64,000 nucleotides of DNA, taken from the NCBI GenBank assembly GCA_028534125.1, contig CM052818.1:1366001-1430000 (forward strand). Reading direction: 5' to 3'. The position numbers were made by a program, and so were the translations under genes. Each line of letters opens with the position of its first letter. Within the stretch, counting starts at the first letter, position 1. The notes beneath the pieces were generated by a model. It saw only the letters and a program-made list of their open reading frames with translations, had not been told where the DNA came from and did not search any database. The DNA is from Lama glama (Eukaryota). Below are positions 38,991 through 52,282 of this stretch, piece by piece.

Positions 38991-40329
38991 AGGGGCAAGG
39001 TCAAGGTTTAAGTCAGAGGATTCCTCGCCTGTGTTATTTTCATCTGGTTTTATTCTAGAGGAAACTTTATTGTGGCTCTTTGGTTCTTCTTCCCAAACCA
39101 GAGTAAATGTCCCCACCCTCTCTGCCCTTGCATATCTTGCAATGTGATGGGGGTATGTGAAGCTATGGGGTAAACGACATATCTTCCTGGAATGTTAGTT
39201 TTACTTAGTTTTGAGGTAGAAAGTATGGAATTAAAATGTATATAGTACTAAAATAAGAATAAAAGTACTATGCATAAAAATTCTAAGTTTTCAAGAATTT
39301 TAAAGCTAAACCATGTAGCATCAAAATTTTTTGAATTTCTTAGGATTATTTCCCAGACTGCCTTCTCCCCAGGAGGACAAATTCATGTAAGAGAACATAG
39401 GTTGAACAACAGGAGAAATTCTATTCAGTAAGATATGAAAGTAATATTATTTCCCTGATAACCTTTTTTTGAAGTGCTAAAATTACAGGAAATTACAGAG
39501 AATGAAAGAAATTTCTGTATTACCTTCTCTGAATTAACAGATAGTAATAATTTTCCAGTTTTGATTCATAATAGATATGTAAATATGTATTATATGGCAT
39601 ATATATAAACATATATATGGACAGAGGGAAGTAAAGATGTACATTTTAAAAAAATTACAAATAAGACTCATAGCCCTTTCCTCAATTCTATTCCTTTCCC
39701 TACTCCCTAAGGAAACCAGTGTCATAAATTTGGTGAATGTACTTCTAGCTCATGTTTTTAATATCCATAAATCATATATTGTAGTTTGTGTTTTTAAAAA
39801 CATTTACATGAATAGTTCCCAGTCTTTGTTCATTCATTCAGCAAAAATGAATTGAGTACCAGTATATTGCTAGGCATAGCTTTTAGTGCTGGGAATATAG
39901 CTCTAAACAAAATAGACAAAAATATCTGTTCTCATGGGGCGTCTGTACTAGTGGAGAACTTTTTAAATTTATGTTTAGAGATCTAGTTCACTTATTTTAA
40001 TTACTCCATAGAAGTCTATTATGTGAATAATCCACATTTCTCCTCTTAATTCCAGTGGTTGTCGGAAAGTGCTGTTCACCAGCATTCTAGCTCAGCCTTC
40101 TTCTGGTGTATGGTAGGATTATGTTTCCTGGACTTCTTTGGGCTGTATCAGCACCGTACACTGGAGTTGCCCTCATGTATTGTATTCTCTTTATTCCACT
40201 TGGGCTCTAATAAGATGTCCTACCTGAATGCCCTCCTCATCCCTGTTTGGCTCCGATACTCCATGCCAGGCTGCCTTCCTGTACAAACATTCTTACCTCA
40301 TTAGGTCCCTTGTGTCCCATGCTGGTCTG

Positions 40330-43300
40330 TCTTCCCCTCCGAGCCCACAAGTATGGATGCTCTCATTTATTTAGGTCTTCTTTAATTTTGTTCACAATAT
40401 TTGTGGTTTCAGTGAACAGGTTGTATATATCTTTTGTCATGTTTACCTCTAAATATTTCATATTTTTGATGCTTACTTTAAATGGTATTAATTTTTAAAT
40501 TTCAATTTTCAGTCATTTTTTACTAGTATGCTATTAATATTTTAATATTTATCTTGTATTCTTCAACCTTACTAAGTTACTTAGTAAATTCTAGTAGCTT
40601 TTTTGTATATTCCATTGGATTTTTCTATGTAGATGATTATCTGGTCTGCAAATAAAGATAGTTACATTTCTTTCCAATTGGGATGCTATCTTTTTGATTT
40701 GTTTTTCCTGTCTTATTAAACTGGTTAGATCCTTCAGTACAATATTGAATAGAAGTAGTGAGTGTGGATGTTCTTGCTCAGTTCTTGATCTTAGGAGGAA
40801 AGAATTTCACCATTGAGTAAAATGTGAGGTGTAATTTTTTGTACATGTCATTTATAAGATTGAAGAAATTCACTTCTATTTCTAGTTGTTGCAAATTTCT
40901 ATCAAGAAAGAATACTATTTTTGTCAAGTGCCTTTTCTGTGTCAGTTGAGACAATCATATGGCTTTAAATTTTTTTTAGTTTATTAATATGATGAATTAT
41001 ATTGATTAATTATTGAATGTTAAACCGAACTTACATTCATGGAATAAATCCCACCTGGTCATGGTATATTACCCTTTTAAATATGAGGTGGTATTTGATT
41101 CACTAAAATTTTATTGAGGATTTTTATATCTGTGTTCATGAGGAAAGCATATCTGTAGTTTTCTTTTTTGTAATGTCTTTGGCTGATTTTGGTATCAGAT
41201 TGATGCTGGCTTGGTTTTCTGGAAAAATTTGTGTAGTGTTGGCATTATCTTTCTTAAATATTTGGTAGAATCCACCAGTGAAGTCACTTGGACCAGGGGA
41301 TTTATTTGTTTTTGGTGAGAAGGTTGTTAACTACAGATTTAATTTAAGAAAGAAATACAAGGCTGTTTGCATTTTCTGTTTCTTGAATAAATTTTACTTA
41401 TTTGTGTCTTTGAAGTAATTTGTCCATGTCATCCAAGTTGCTGAATTTATTAACAAAAATTATTCACAGCATTCCCTTATTATTTTAACATGTGTGTAGA
41501 ATATAGTGATACTTTCTCTTTCATTGTTTATGTTGATAATTTCTGTCTTTGTCTCCCTTTGTTTCTGTCTCTGTCTCTCTGATTATTTTGGCTAGAGGTT
41601 TATCCTTTTTATTCATTTTTCTGAAAAACATTTTTAGATTTTATTGAGTTTTCCCCTTATTTTTCTGTTTTACTGATTTATTATCTTTAGTATTTTCTTT
41701 CTTCTGTTTACTTGGGGTTTAATTTGCTCTTGTTTAGCTTTGTTAGGTGGAAACTTAGGGCACTGAGTTTGGTTCTATTTTCTAATGTTGACATTTAAAT
41801 CTGTACATTTCTCTCTAACCAGTGCTTTAACTGTATCTTAATGTGCTTTATGATGTTGTGGGTTTTTTTTTTTTTTACATTTTATTAAAATGTTTTCTAA
41901 TTTCTGTTGTGATTGTAAAAATTTATTTCACTGATTATTTGGAAATGAATTGATTAATTTTCAAATATTAGGGGATTTTCCAGATTTTTCAAAATTGATT
42001 TGTAATTTTAATTCATTTTGTTCATAACTGTAAAATGAATGATTTCAGCCTTTTGTGTTTGTTGAGACTTGTTTTATGGCTCAGCTGGTGGTCTGTTTTG
42101 GTGAAAATGACATGTATACTTCACGGTGTAAATTTTGTTACTGAGGAGAGCATTCTTTAACTGTCACTTAGGTACACTTGGTTGAGAGTGTTGTTCAGGT
42201 TTCTACCTCCTGATGGTTTTGCATTTGTCATTTGCTGACAGAGGAGTGTTGAAATTGCCTATTGTGATTGTGGGTTTGCACATGTCTTTCTTTTCTTTTA
42301 GTTCTTGCACATTTAGCATTGTTACATCTTCTTGATGAAATGACCCATTTATTATGGAAGGTTCTTCTTTGTCCCTGGTAATATTCTTTTTTCTGAAACA
42401 TATGTTGTTCGGTATTAATACAGCCAGCCACTGCTGCTTTATTTTTGTTTAAATTTTACATTGTCTATTTTTTAATATCCTTTTTTAAAAAAACATTTCT
42501 AATGGTTCATTGAGATATAGTTCACATACTATTCACTTTGTCCATTTAAAATGTAGAATTCAGTGGCTTTTAGTGTATTCAGACTTGTGTGACCATCACC
42601 ACAATCAATTTTAGAATGTTTTTATTCTTCCCAAAAGAAGCCTCTTGGCCACCACTTCCCAGTTTTCTCTTTTTCCTTGCCCTTGTTGCCGGCTACTGGG
42701 AACCACTGATTTACTTTATATTTCCAAAGATTTGCCTACTCTGGACATTTCATATAAATGGAATCTTATAATATGTGGTTCTTTGTGATTAGCTTCATTT
42801 AAAATAATGTTTTTAAGATTAATCTATGCTGTACCATATATCAGTACTTCATTTCTTTTTATTGCTAAATATTCTGTTGTGTGGATATACCACATTTTAT
42901 TTATCCATTCATCAGTTGATAAACATTTGGGCTGTTTACAGTTTTTGGCTTTTATGAATTATGCTGCTAAGATTTTTTTGTTTACAAGTTTTTGTGTGGA
43001 CATATGTTACTTCCCTTGGTTATATACCTAGGAAGATAATTGCTGGATCATTTGGTAACTGTGTTAAACCATTTGAAAACTGCCAGACTGTTTTCTAAAG
43101 CAGCTGTGCCATTTTACCTTCCCACCAGCAGTGTATGAGAATTCCATTTCCTGCACATCCTTAGCCAATACTTATTATTGTCTGTCTTTTGATTACGGCC
43201 GCCTTGGTGGTTGTGAAATGGTATCTCATTGTTCACTTTTATTTTTGAAATACATTTTTGATGGATATATAATTTTAGGTTTATAGATTCATTCATTCAT

Positions 43301-44830
43301 TAGTTCTTAAGATGTCATTTCTTTGTCTTCTGGCTTGTGTTGTTTCTGAGGGAGAAGTACATGAACAGTCTTAACCTTTTTGTCACTCTACTTAATATCT
43401 TTTCTCCAGCTGTTTTAAAAACTTTTGTCTGTATAATTTGTTCTCAGCAATTTGATTTTGATGCTCTTTGGTGTAAATATGTGTGCATGCATGCATCTGT
43501 TTGTTTATCCTCCTTGTGATTTGTTTAGCTGCTTGGTTTGATTGGTTTCTAATTTTTTTAAAATCTGAAAAATGTTCAGATATTAACTTTTCCCAACTTT
43601 TTTTTTGTCCTTTTCCCAACTCTTTTTTCATCCTGTTTCCATCCTCATGGTGAGGTTTCAGTTACATCTATATTGGATAACATATAATCCTACAGGTGGC
43701 TTGAGGATCTTTTCTTTTTCCCTTTATAGGGGATAGATTTTATTGCTGTGTTCTCTCTTTCTTCATTGTCTAATCTTTTAATCTCGTCCAGTGAAATTTT
43801 CATTTCAGATTAATATATTTTTCATCTTTAGAAGTTCCATTTGGTTTTTTTATGTTTAATTTCTCTTGTTATTTTTGCTTCTTTCTTTAAGTACACGTGT
43901 AGAGCTCTAGCATCTGTTTGCATGTACTCTGCTAGTTCTGTCACTTCTGGCCTTTTGGATCTCTCTGAAGACTGATTTTGGTTTTCCTAGTCATAGGTCA
44001 GTTTTTTGGCTATCATGTCTAATAAGTTTTGATTGGATAATAGACATTATATTGTGTTGCTGAGTGTCTGGATTCTTTTTTTTCCCCATAGAGAGTGTTG
44101 GTCTTTGTTTTGGCAAATAGTTTAGTTGTTTGTAGATCCATTTGATCCTGCTAAACCTCATTTTTAAGCTTCACTGGGCCCGCCTTCATTCCAGGGGTTG
44201 CTCAGAATAGTATTCATCTACTTTGAATAACTCAGGAATCCCCAGGGGCTCTTCACTTTGGCTGTTCAGAGTTTGAATGTTTCTCTGCCTTGTCTGAGCT
44301 CCTTGAAGTGTTTATCTTCTTGCTGGTGTCTGTCTGTCTCTTTCACCTTCCCTTCCTTCCCTCCCTCTCTTCCCTTCTTTCCCTCCCTTCTTTTTGCCTG
44401 TCCTTGTGGAGTTTCATTTTTTCTACGCCTGGCCTAGTACTCAGCAAAGACTCAAGGGAACTGTTGTGTAGATTTCTGCAGTTTCTTTTCTGCATTGCTC
44501 TCTGGTTTTTTTTTTTTTTTTTGGAATTCTGCTGTACAACCTTAAGGTTCACCAGCTTTCCTGAACTCCTGTGTAGGACTCTGCTAACTTGCTGGGCTCA
44601 GTTGGGATTTTCTCTGACTATGTCCATGATCTAGAAATCACGTTCAGGTAGATAACCCAGATAATCACTAAACTCACCTTGTTTGTTTCCCTTTTTTCAG
44701 AGACTATAGTTCTGTGTTCCTTGCTGTTTACTGTCTGAAAGTGGTTGCTTTATGTATTTTAGCCAGTATTCTACTTCTTAACAGTGGGAGTTCCTATTTG
44801 TTCCTTGTTATTCTTTCATGGCTGAAAGCC
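40330..44830 (-). mobile_element. Long degenerate ancient L1 with a nested L1MB-type 3' end at about 42490-43240
   Basis: T-rich antisense ORF2 motifs: atctggtctgcaaataaagatag, ataaatcccacctggtcatggt, gaggagtgttgaaatt. No intact ORF. Confidence 0.8.
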
Positions 44831-46499
44831 TAGTAATTTTTTTAAAGCTGTGAATACTGATTGTATTACTGGACTTTTTGCTCCCTAAGAAAGATGTCTG
44901 ACCATGTTTCTCTAGCACATAGAAGGGATTAAATATTTGTTAATGATGTTCTTTGGTTAGGAAAGGCACAAATATTTCCTGTAGTGAAAGCTTTTATTTC
45001 ATATTCTTATCATACTCTGAATTAAAAAAAATTTCTCATAGGTGGTTGTGATTCACTTTAAAAAAAGATTACTTACTAGAATTTTAAAAACCATCATTGT
45101 GAAAGAGTTCCACACCATGGCAAAAAAGTACCAAAATTTAATTTGCCTAGAATCTACATTCCTCTTCTCGGGATAGCATTCAACCATGTCTAAGTTATTC
45201 TGACCCTAAGTTATCCAATTTTGAGGATTGTTTTCCTGCCGTCTTCCTTTTTATTCTTTGTTTTTATTTCATTTACTTTCTTTGTGCTCATATCTCTATT
45301 GGGGAGCTTGCATGAGGGGGAGGCAGGGAAGAGCTAGCACACATGCAAATGAAACTTAGGAATTTGGTTTTTGATTCAGTTTTAATAATGTTTAGACGTT
45401 GTCAAAAGTAATGTCAGAATCTTGTTTTAGATTTCCATGGCCCCTGGAAATAGAAGGTTTTTCTTTTGGTGTCTGCTGTAGAGGTGTTTAATTGGCTGTC
45501 ATTCTTTAACTTGTCACGTATATTGAAGTACACCAGAAATTTGAATGATCTTATTGATCTATTATAGTTAGAAAATGAGTATGTTAGGGAAAAGACAATG
45601 GAGAAATAAGGTGACATTCTTTATTGCCAGAAATCACTGGGTTTTGTACTAATTAGTCTTGAAAAATGTGGAGTTATTTTACAGACCAGATGTTTTCAGC
45701 GTGCAGCCATGTGTCTCATCAGTGAGTGTGCCTTGTGTCCGCAGGCAACATTGTTAGATTTTTCTCATTCTATAAACAATGTTCCAAAGTATAACTAAAC
45801 CCCAAAGTGTGTTTATCTTTTTGGCTTAATTTCTGGCTTTCTGTCCATTCTAAAGTTTCTCTCTAGAGGAACTGCATTTTATTGCACATAGCTCTTCGTA
45901 CCTAATTGTAGTATAAACTCTGTCTGTTTACACTAAGCCACGTGAATTGTACTGGTTGTGAGTCAGAAAAATTTGAATAAAAGCAACCAATTCAGATTAA
46001 ACTATATTTGTACTTTTATTTCTAAATTTAGGGGAAATATATCTTTCTTCCCTTCATTTATTTGGACTAAGATTTTGATTTTCAGAACACAGGAGGGAAA
46101 AACATAAAAAAAAACAAGTGAAACCAAACCTCTGGTCTTTAGTGTTTGTGATATTAAGTGCATTTGAATAAGAAGAGCTTAAGTATCTACCATGAAATTC
46201 ATTCTTGAAATCTAAGGTAGAGCTATAAGTTCTTTTATTTACAGGATGAGAACTGAGTTTTTCCTATACTAAATACATCATGGGAAAGGTGGAAATTAGG
46301 AAATTAAAAACATGAGGAAGAAAATTATCATCCATAATGTTTCTATCCAAAGGGAAAAAAAATCAGGGTTCATGTTTTTGTGTATATTTTTCTCATCATT
46401 TTCTGTGTACTTATGTTTCTGTGTGTGCTTGTATTTAGGGATATACAGTTCATACATGCATAAATATTCATAAATTACACACATGTACATATTATAATT

Positions 46500-48960
46500 T
46501 TGAAAAACATTATGATTATACTTGTAAGTTCTATTTTTTGAAATAATTTTGACTCAACAATGTTATAAACATTTTGCTATTTTATTTGTCTTTGGATACA
46601 TGTAGCATACATGAATATATCATAATGTGTTTAACCAGTTTGTTGCTATTAGACTTCTAGATTAGTTTTTTATTTGCTGTTATAAATAACTACAATTCAA
46701 AAGGTTTATAGGTATTTTTGTATATCTACTTTTTAGACGCAACTGTATAGGATACTTGTTTGGTAAAATTTGTCATTGAAAATTTGTATCATTAACACAA
46801 ATTTATTTTCCAGCAGGCTCTGAATTCTAATTTATTGAAACCCCTGATAATAATAGTCATTATCTTTTAATAAATCTTTGTCAGTTTGAGTGACAAAATT
46901 ATATGTTTGATTTGAATTTCTTCACATCAATTCAACTTTTTTTTTTTTTTATATGTCGGCCTTTTTTGGGTTCTTTTATGACTTTTGTTCACTGCTTAAA
47001 AAAACTCCCTCAAGTTTATATTCTGCAAATAATCTTTACCAGGTTGTTGTTTCCTCTTTATTCTTATTATGTTCTTTTTATGTATTTTGTTTTTACCTAG
47101 TCAGCTGTCTCAGTGTTAGTTTTACTTGTTTTCTTATTCTTTCGCTACCTAACAGTTAAATATTACCCCTTTTATTATTTTGAAATGTCCTTCTGTGTTT
47201 CCAGCAGTGTTTATTGTCTTTAAAATCTACTATATCCGATGTTAATGTGACCATTCCAGCACTTTTATGGTTACTTATTCTGTCTTTATCTTTAACCTAT
47301 TTGTATCTGAAACTAAACTGTGTTTCTTCGAGACAACATGTAGTTGGATCATGCTTTTTAAATCCTGTCTGACAGTGTTTGCCTTTTGATTAGAGAGCTT
47401 ATTAGTCCATTTACATTTAATATAATTATTGATATGGTTGGTTTTTGCTCTTTGTTTTCTGCTTTTCATGTCATTTTTGTTCTTATCTTTTATTCTTTTT
47501 TTGTATTAAATATTTAATGGTGTACTATTTTTAATTCCTGTGTTATTAAAAAAATTAAAGTATAGTTGATTTTTATAGTGTTGTGTTAGTTTCTGGTGTA
47601 CAGCATAGTGATTCAGTTACATATATATACACTTTTCATATTCTTTTTGAGTATAGGTTATTACAAGTTATTGGATTATACATTTTTAATGATTTTTTAA
47701 AGTTATTTTCTTAGAAGTTGCTCTATGGATTATAATCTGCTTCTTCATGTATCACAGTCTACTTTAGGTGATTGCTGATATAGTTTTGATATAATATATA
47801 GAAGTAGTTTTGCTTCAGCTTAGCTCCATATCTTCCCTCCTCTTTTGTGCTATTCTTGTCATATTATATCTATATATTTTATTAACCCAACAATACAGTA
47901 TTATAATCATGGCCTTTAAAAAATCTTGTTTTTTTTAATAAAATTAAAAGAAGAAAAGAGAAAAACTTACATTAAGTATTATGTGTAACATATATTTGCT
48001 ATTTTCTATGCTCTCTCTTTTTTTTTTTTTTTTTCCTTCTCTGTGAATTCAGGTTACTATCTGCTATCATTTCCTTTCTGGCTTTCTTTAGTATTTCTTG
48101 TAAGGCAGATCTGCTAGCAAGGAATTCTCTCCAGTCTTTGTTTATTTGAGAATGTATTTAATTTCCTTTTTTAAAAGATAATCATCAGCTAGTGATTTGT
48201 CCAGGGTGCTCAAACAAACTTGAACTAGTAAGGTGTCTATGCTTTTTGTCAGTGGACTTTACGTGGGTTAAGGAGTGCATAAAAAATTCAGGCAGTTTAC
48301 AAGACTTTTGTTTTATGCCAGGCGTTCTCCTATGTCCATGCCTGTAGCCTCCTAGTTAGGGATGTCTGGAGTGTCTTGGTCCTTTTGGATGTCCTCTGTG
48401 TTTGTGCACAGCTTCTCAGTTAGCTAGAGGTAAGCAGAGAGCTGTCAGGTCCTTCTGTGGGTCTCTTATTTCCAGGACTTCCCTGTTTCTGGTTAGTCCT
48501 ACAGTCTGCTCTTTGTCCTAACCCAGACGACTTTAGACCAGTAGAGCTGGAGGCTCTCCCTGTCCACCCCTCTCCTTTTTTTTTAGTACTGAGTTTGCTA
48601 CTTTTCCTAACAGCACCACTCAATTTGGGATATTCACCCTCTGTTCCAAATCATGTCAGCCCCTAATGGTAGAGAAACTGCTGATATTCCTGACAAGCCC
48701 TAACCAGTGATGGACTGTGGGGGTGTTCGTTGGGTGGAAAGGGTGTTGAAAGTAGCCCCAGGCAAGAACACCACAGAGTCCCTCTGTTTAGCAGTTTTCA
48801 TGAATAAACCTTCTCAATTTGTTACTCTTCTTTCCAGAGTCCTTTCCAGTTTCCAGAGTCCTGAAATGGTTGTTTGGGACAGTTTTTTTCTAGTTTATAT
48901 TTGCTTTCTGGACAGAAGATATGCTAAGCTCTTCTTGGTGCCATAGTTGAAAGTCTAGCC
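46500..48960 (-). mobile_element. Mosaic of old L1 fragments, including a short younger L1 3' end at about 47545-47680
   Basis: ccatttacatttaatataattattgatatgg; gtaaggcagatctgctagcaaggaattctctc; gtgtacagcatagtgattcagttacatat. Confidence 0.65.
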
Positions 48961-49303
48961 TTGGGTACTTTATTTTATAGGATGATTTTTATGGCATTGA
49001 TATGATCATTTTGTATTTCCTTTTATTCTTTATGAATTTCATTGGTGGATTTTCTAAGTTTTATGTGTTCTTGGGATAAAATCTTTTTTTAAATTATAAT
49101 TTATTAAATCATTTAATGCATATATTAATTTGTAATAATTTGACATTTATGTTTCCATTGATGTTTTTATTGAAACTTAATACTGGATTTGTCTTGATGT
49201 GCAGTGAAAACTAATTCAGGCTAGAAATTTTGCCAGAGGAATATATCTGTGGCCCTAAAGAAAGGACTGAGTTGCACTAAAGGTGATACAATTCCTTTTA
49301 TAG

Positions 49304-49508
49304 GCATTACCCTGCACTGAAAACTCTGGAACATCTAGAGCACACGTACCTGCCTCAAGTAAGCCACTATCGCTTCTGCAAGGTGATGGTGGACAATATC
49401 CCCAAGCTCCGAGAGGAAATTAAGGATGTTTCTATGTCTGATCTCAAAGACTTTCTGGAGAGTATCCGCAAACATTCAGACAAAATTGGAGAGACTGCCA
49501 TGAAACAA
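49304..49508 (+). CDS. EXOC6B: EXOC6B coding exon 6, 205 nt, phase 2/0
   Basis: Acceptor ttccttttatAG, donor CAA|GTAGGT. Translates (R)HYPALKTLEHLEHTYLPQVSHYRFCKVMVDNIPKLREEIKDVSMSDLKDFLESIRKHSDKIGETAMKQ. No further EXOC6B exon recognised before the window end. Confidence 0.96.
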
Positions 49509-51399
49509 GTAGGTCTTGGGTTTATGACAGGTTGGCCAATGACTTTGCAAGTATTTTGTTAAATGCAGGTTTCTCTTTGTTTAGTGTCTTAACTGTTTCT
49601 TGTCATTTTAAGGAAGTCCTTCATCTTTATGGGAACACATGGTTTAAAAATGTTTTTCATTTTCTTAACAGAGCAATGAATTACTAGTATATTGTTTTGC
49701 TCTGTGTTTAGTAAATATTGTTAGATTTTGATGGTTTATTTTCGGGCTTTGAAGAATACTTTCCTTGACTTTGGATATGATTTGAAGCCCAAGGTTTTTA
49801 AAAGTTCTCTTTCTAGTTAATGAGCTAAATTGTGTTGCAGGTACCGTGGTTGATTATTTACTATGGAAGCAACATGTATAACATTTATAACATTTATAAC
49901 AACATTTATAACATATAGCAACATTTATAACATGCATGTTATAAATGAATATTTCTGTAATTGTTATTCCTGATATCAGTGGGTGTCAATGAAAACAGGC
50001 CTACTGGGAAATGCTGTGCATTATGATCACAGAAAGGGATTTATTTGCAGCTTACAAATTGACCAATGTGTTAGAAATATTTAGATTTTTTTTCTTTCAG
50101 TATCTTCATATTTAAGTTATGAAAGCCACAAGGAAATATGGGTTTACTTTGTTGTTATGAGTAAAGAACAGTAATAATTTGCAGTATTACTTGCTCTTCT
50201 GAAATCTAAGTCACGTTAATTTCTCAGTATACCTTGTGATGTAACCTACAATATATAGAAGATTCAGTTGTTTATGGAAAGTGCTTGTTTTGGTTCTATA
50301 GACAACTGTGTTCTTGAATAAATCATTTGTAGTTCTTATCACTCCATGAGGAAGGAGGGAGTAGGTCATATTTTGGATCATACTTTTGGTCTCAACTAGC
50401 CTTGGTAATCTTTCAGGTATCTATTTGATTCTGCAGGAGAAATCTGCCTATTGGAAATCCCTCTTCTAAGGGAATTTAGATATTCTTTTCGCCTTCTTTT
50501 AAATTTTCTTAACGTTATACTTTACAAAATGCAAAGTTTAAAACTAGTTGATGATAAACTTGATGGAAATAATCATGTCTTTTTTTTAGTGGTGAAGAAA
50601 TAGGATTAATCATTGAAAATATACTTTTGCCTTGCTATGTGTATGTTTTGAGTACAGGAATGAAGGCATCTTGTAAGATAAGTCTTTATTGTGGTTGATA
50701 AATTTTTTACTAAACTTTCAAAGTGTGGAAGAGTATAGTACAAAGCCGCTTTGGAATCTTCCTTTTTTAAGGTTGCTTTTTCTAGGCCTTTGCTTGAGAA
50801 ATTACTTCCTTTTTGGTGAAAAGATGATTCTATGAAGAATATTATTATTTCATTTAATGTGAGATTATCTCTCCCATTAATTATTTGAAGAAATTGAGGC
50901 CCAGAGCAGGGAAGTGACTTGCTCAAGTTCAGACAGCTTGTCAAGGTCAGATCCTATAGTAGAATTCAGATTAGATTGAGATGAATTTGTCTACTATGGC
51001 ACTTGATCTCTGTAAACTGTTAGCTGTGGGCTGTATTTTTGTCATATAAAGAGATGGTGAAGAAACCTTTTTGTGAATTTAGGACTTTTTAATTAACTGA
51101 TAACCCATTATTCCTCTTATATGATTTTTCACCTTAAGTATAGCTGTTTCTGCCTGTGTTACTATCCTATGCTATGGTATATGTAGGATCCGTGAATAAA
51201 GATCTCTTACATGTTTTTAATTACATCCTGTAGTACCTAAAAACTAAAGAGAGTAGGAGGGAGAGAAACTACCATACACATTGTACATAGTAAGCATCAA
51301 GAAATATTTGTTTGAATTCATGAATGTTGGAGAAGGGGAAGAGGATATGGTTTCTCTCTCACTTTTATCAAGCCCCAAATGCTATTTCTGATTTGTGAT

Positions 51400-52247
51400 G
51401 ATTTCCTTTGCAATGGTGATTTAAGGAATCTTTCCATTATGTGACTCTGCCACTTTCAATACAGCTTTGAAGATTGCTGCAGAAGGAAAAGACCAGAGTA
51501 TTGCACGTCATAGAATTTTTAAGGGCTAGGCATAGACAAGACACATCAATACTTGCACTCACATTTCATTGGCCAGAATTTAATTACATGGCCATTACCA
51601 GGCTGGGAAATATAAACGCACTGTCCCTAAGAGAAGGACACAGGTTTGGTGAATAGTAGCTAGTCTCTGGCACAGTCTGTCCTTTTGGTCCTCAAATATC
51701 TCTTCACTCTTCCTCTCATCCACAGAACGCACTTGCCTCTTCACTAAGGAATGTAACCCAATATCCCGTCTAGTTACTATATCCATCTCAAAGTCAGGTT
51801 CTAAGATGGTAAGTTATTTGCACCTGTGGCTCTCTTACCCTCAGTATACCATGAAGAAGCTAGAACAGAATAGCTACAACAAAAACTTCCATTTAGAAAA
51901 GGGAAGAATGGGAGATGTATAGTAAATCGTGATTTCATAGCAAACCATGTAATCCTTCTGGATTGCCACTGGGAAATCCTTCTGTCTTGGTAGCAGGGGA
52001 GCTTTCTTGCTTAGATGTTGACTCTCTGGGAAGAACTCCTTTGCCCATTGCTCTCCTGGGTTCCTGGCTGCATCCTGGTTTTTCTTTCCCTATTTCTTTC
52101 TGTGAACGTTTCTGAAGTGGATGCTAGGGAATATGCATTCCTTAGAAGATCTCTCTCTCTCTGTAGATTACACATGCATGTACATCTACACTTATATCTA
52201 CAGCCCCATCTCTAGCTAGCTAGCTAGCTAGCTAGCTGTCTGCCTGC

Positions 52248-52282
<35 letters not shown>

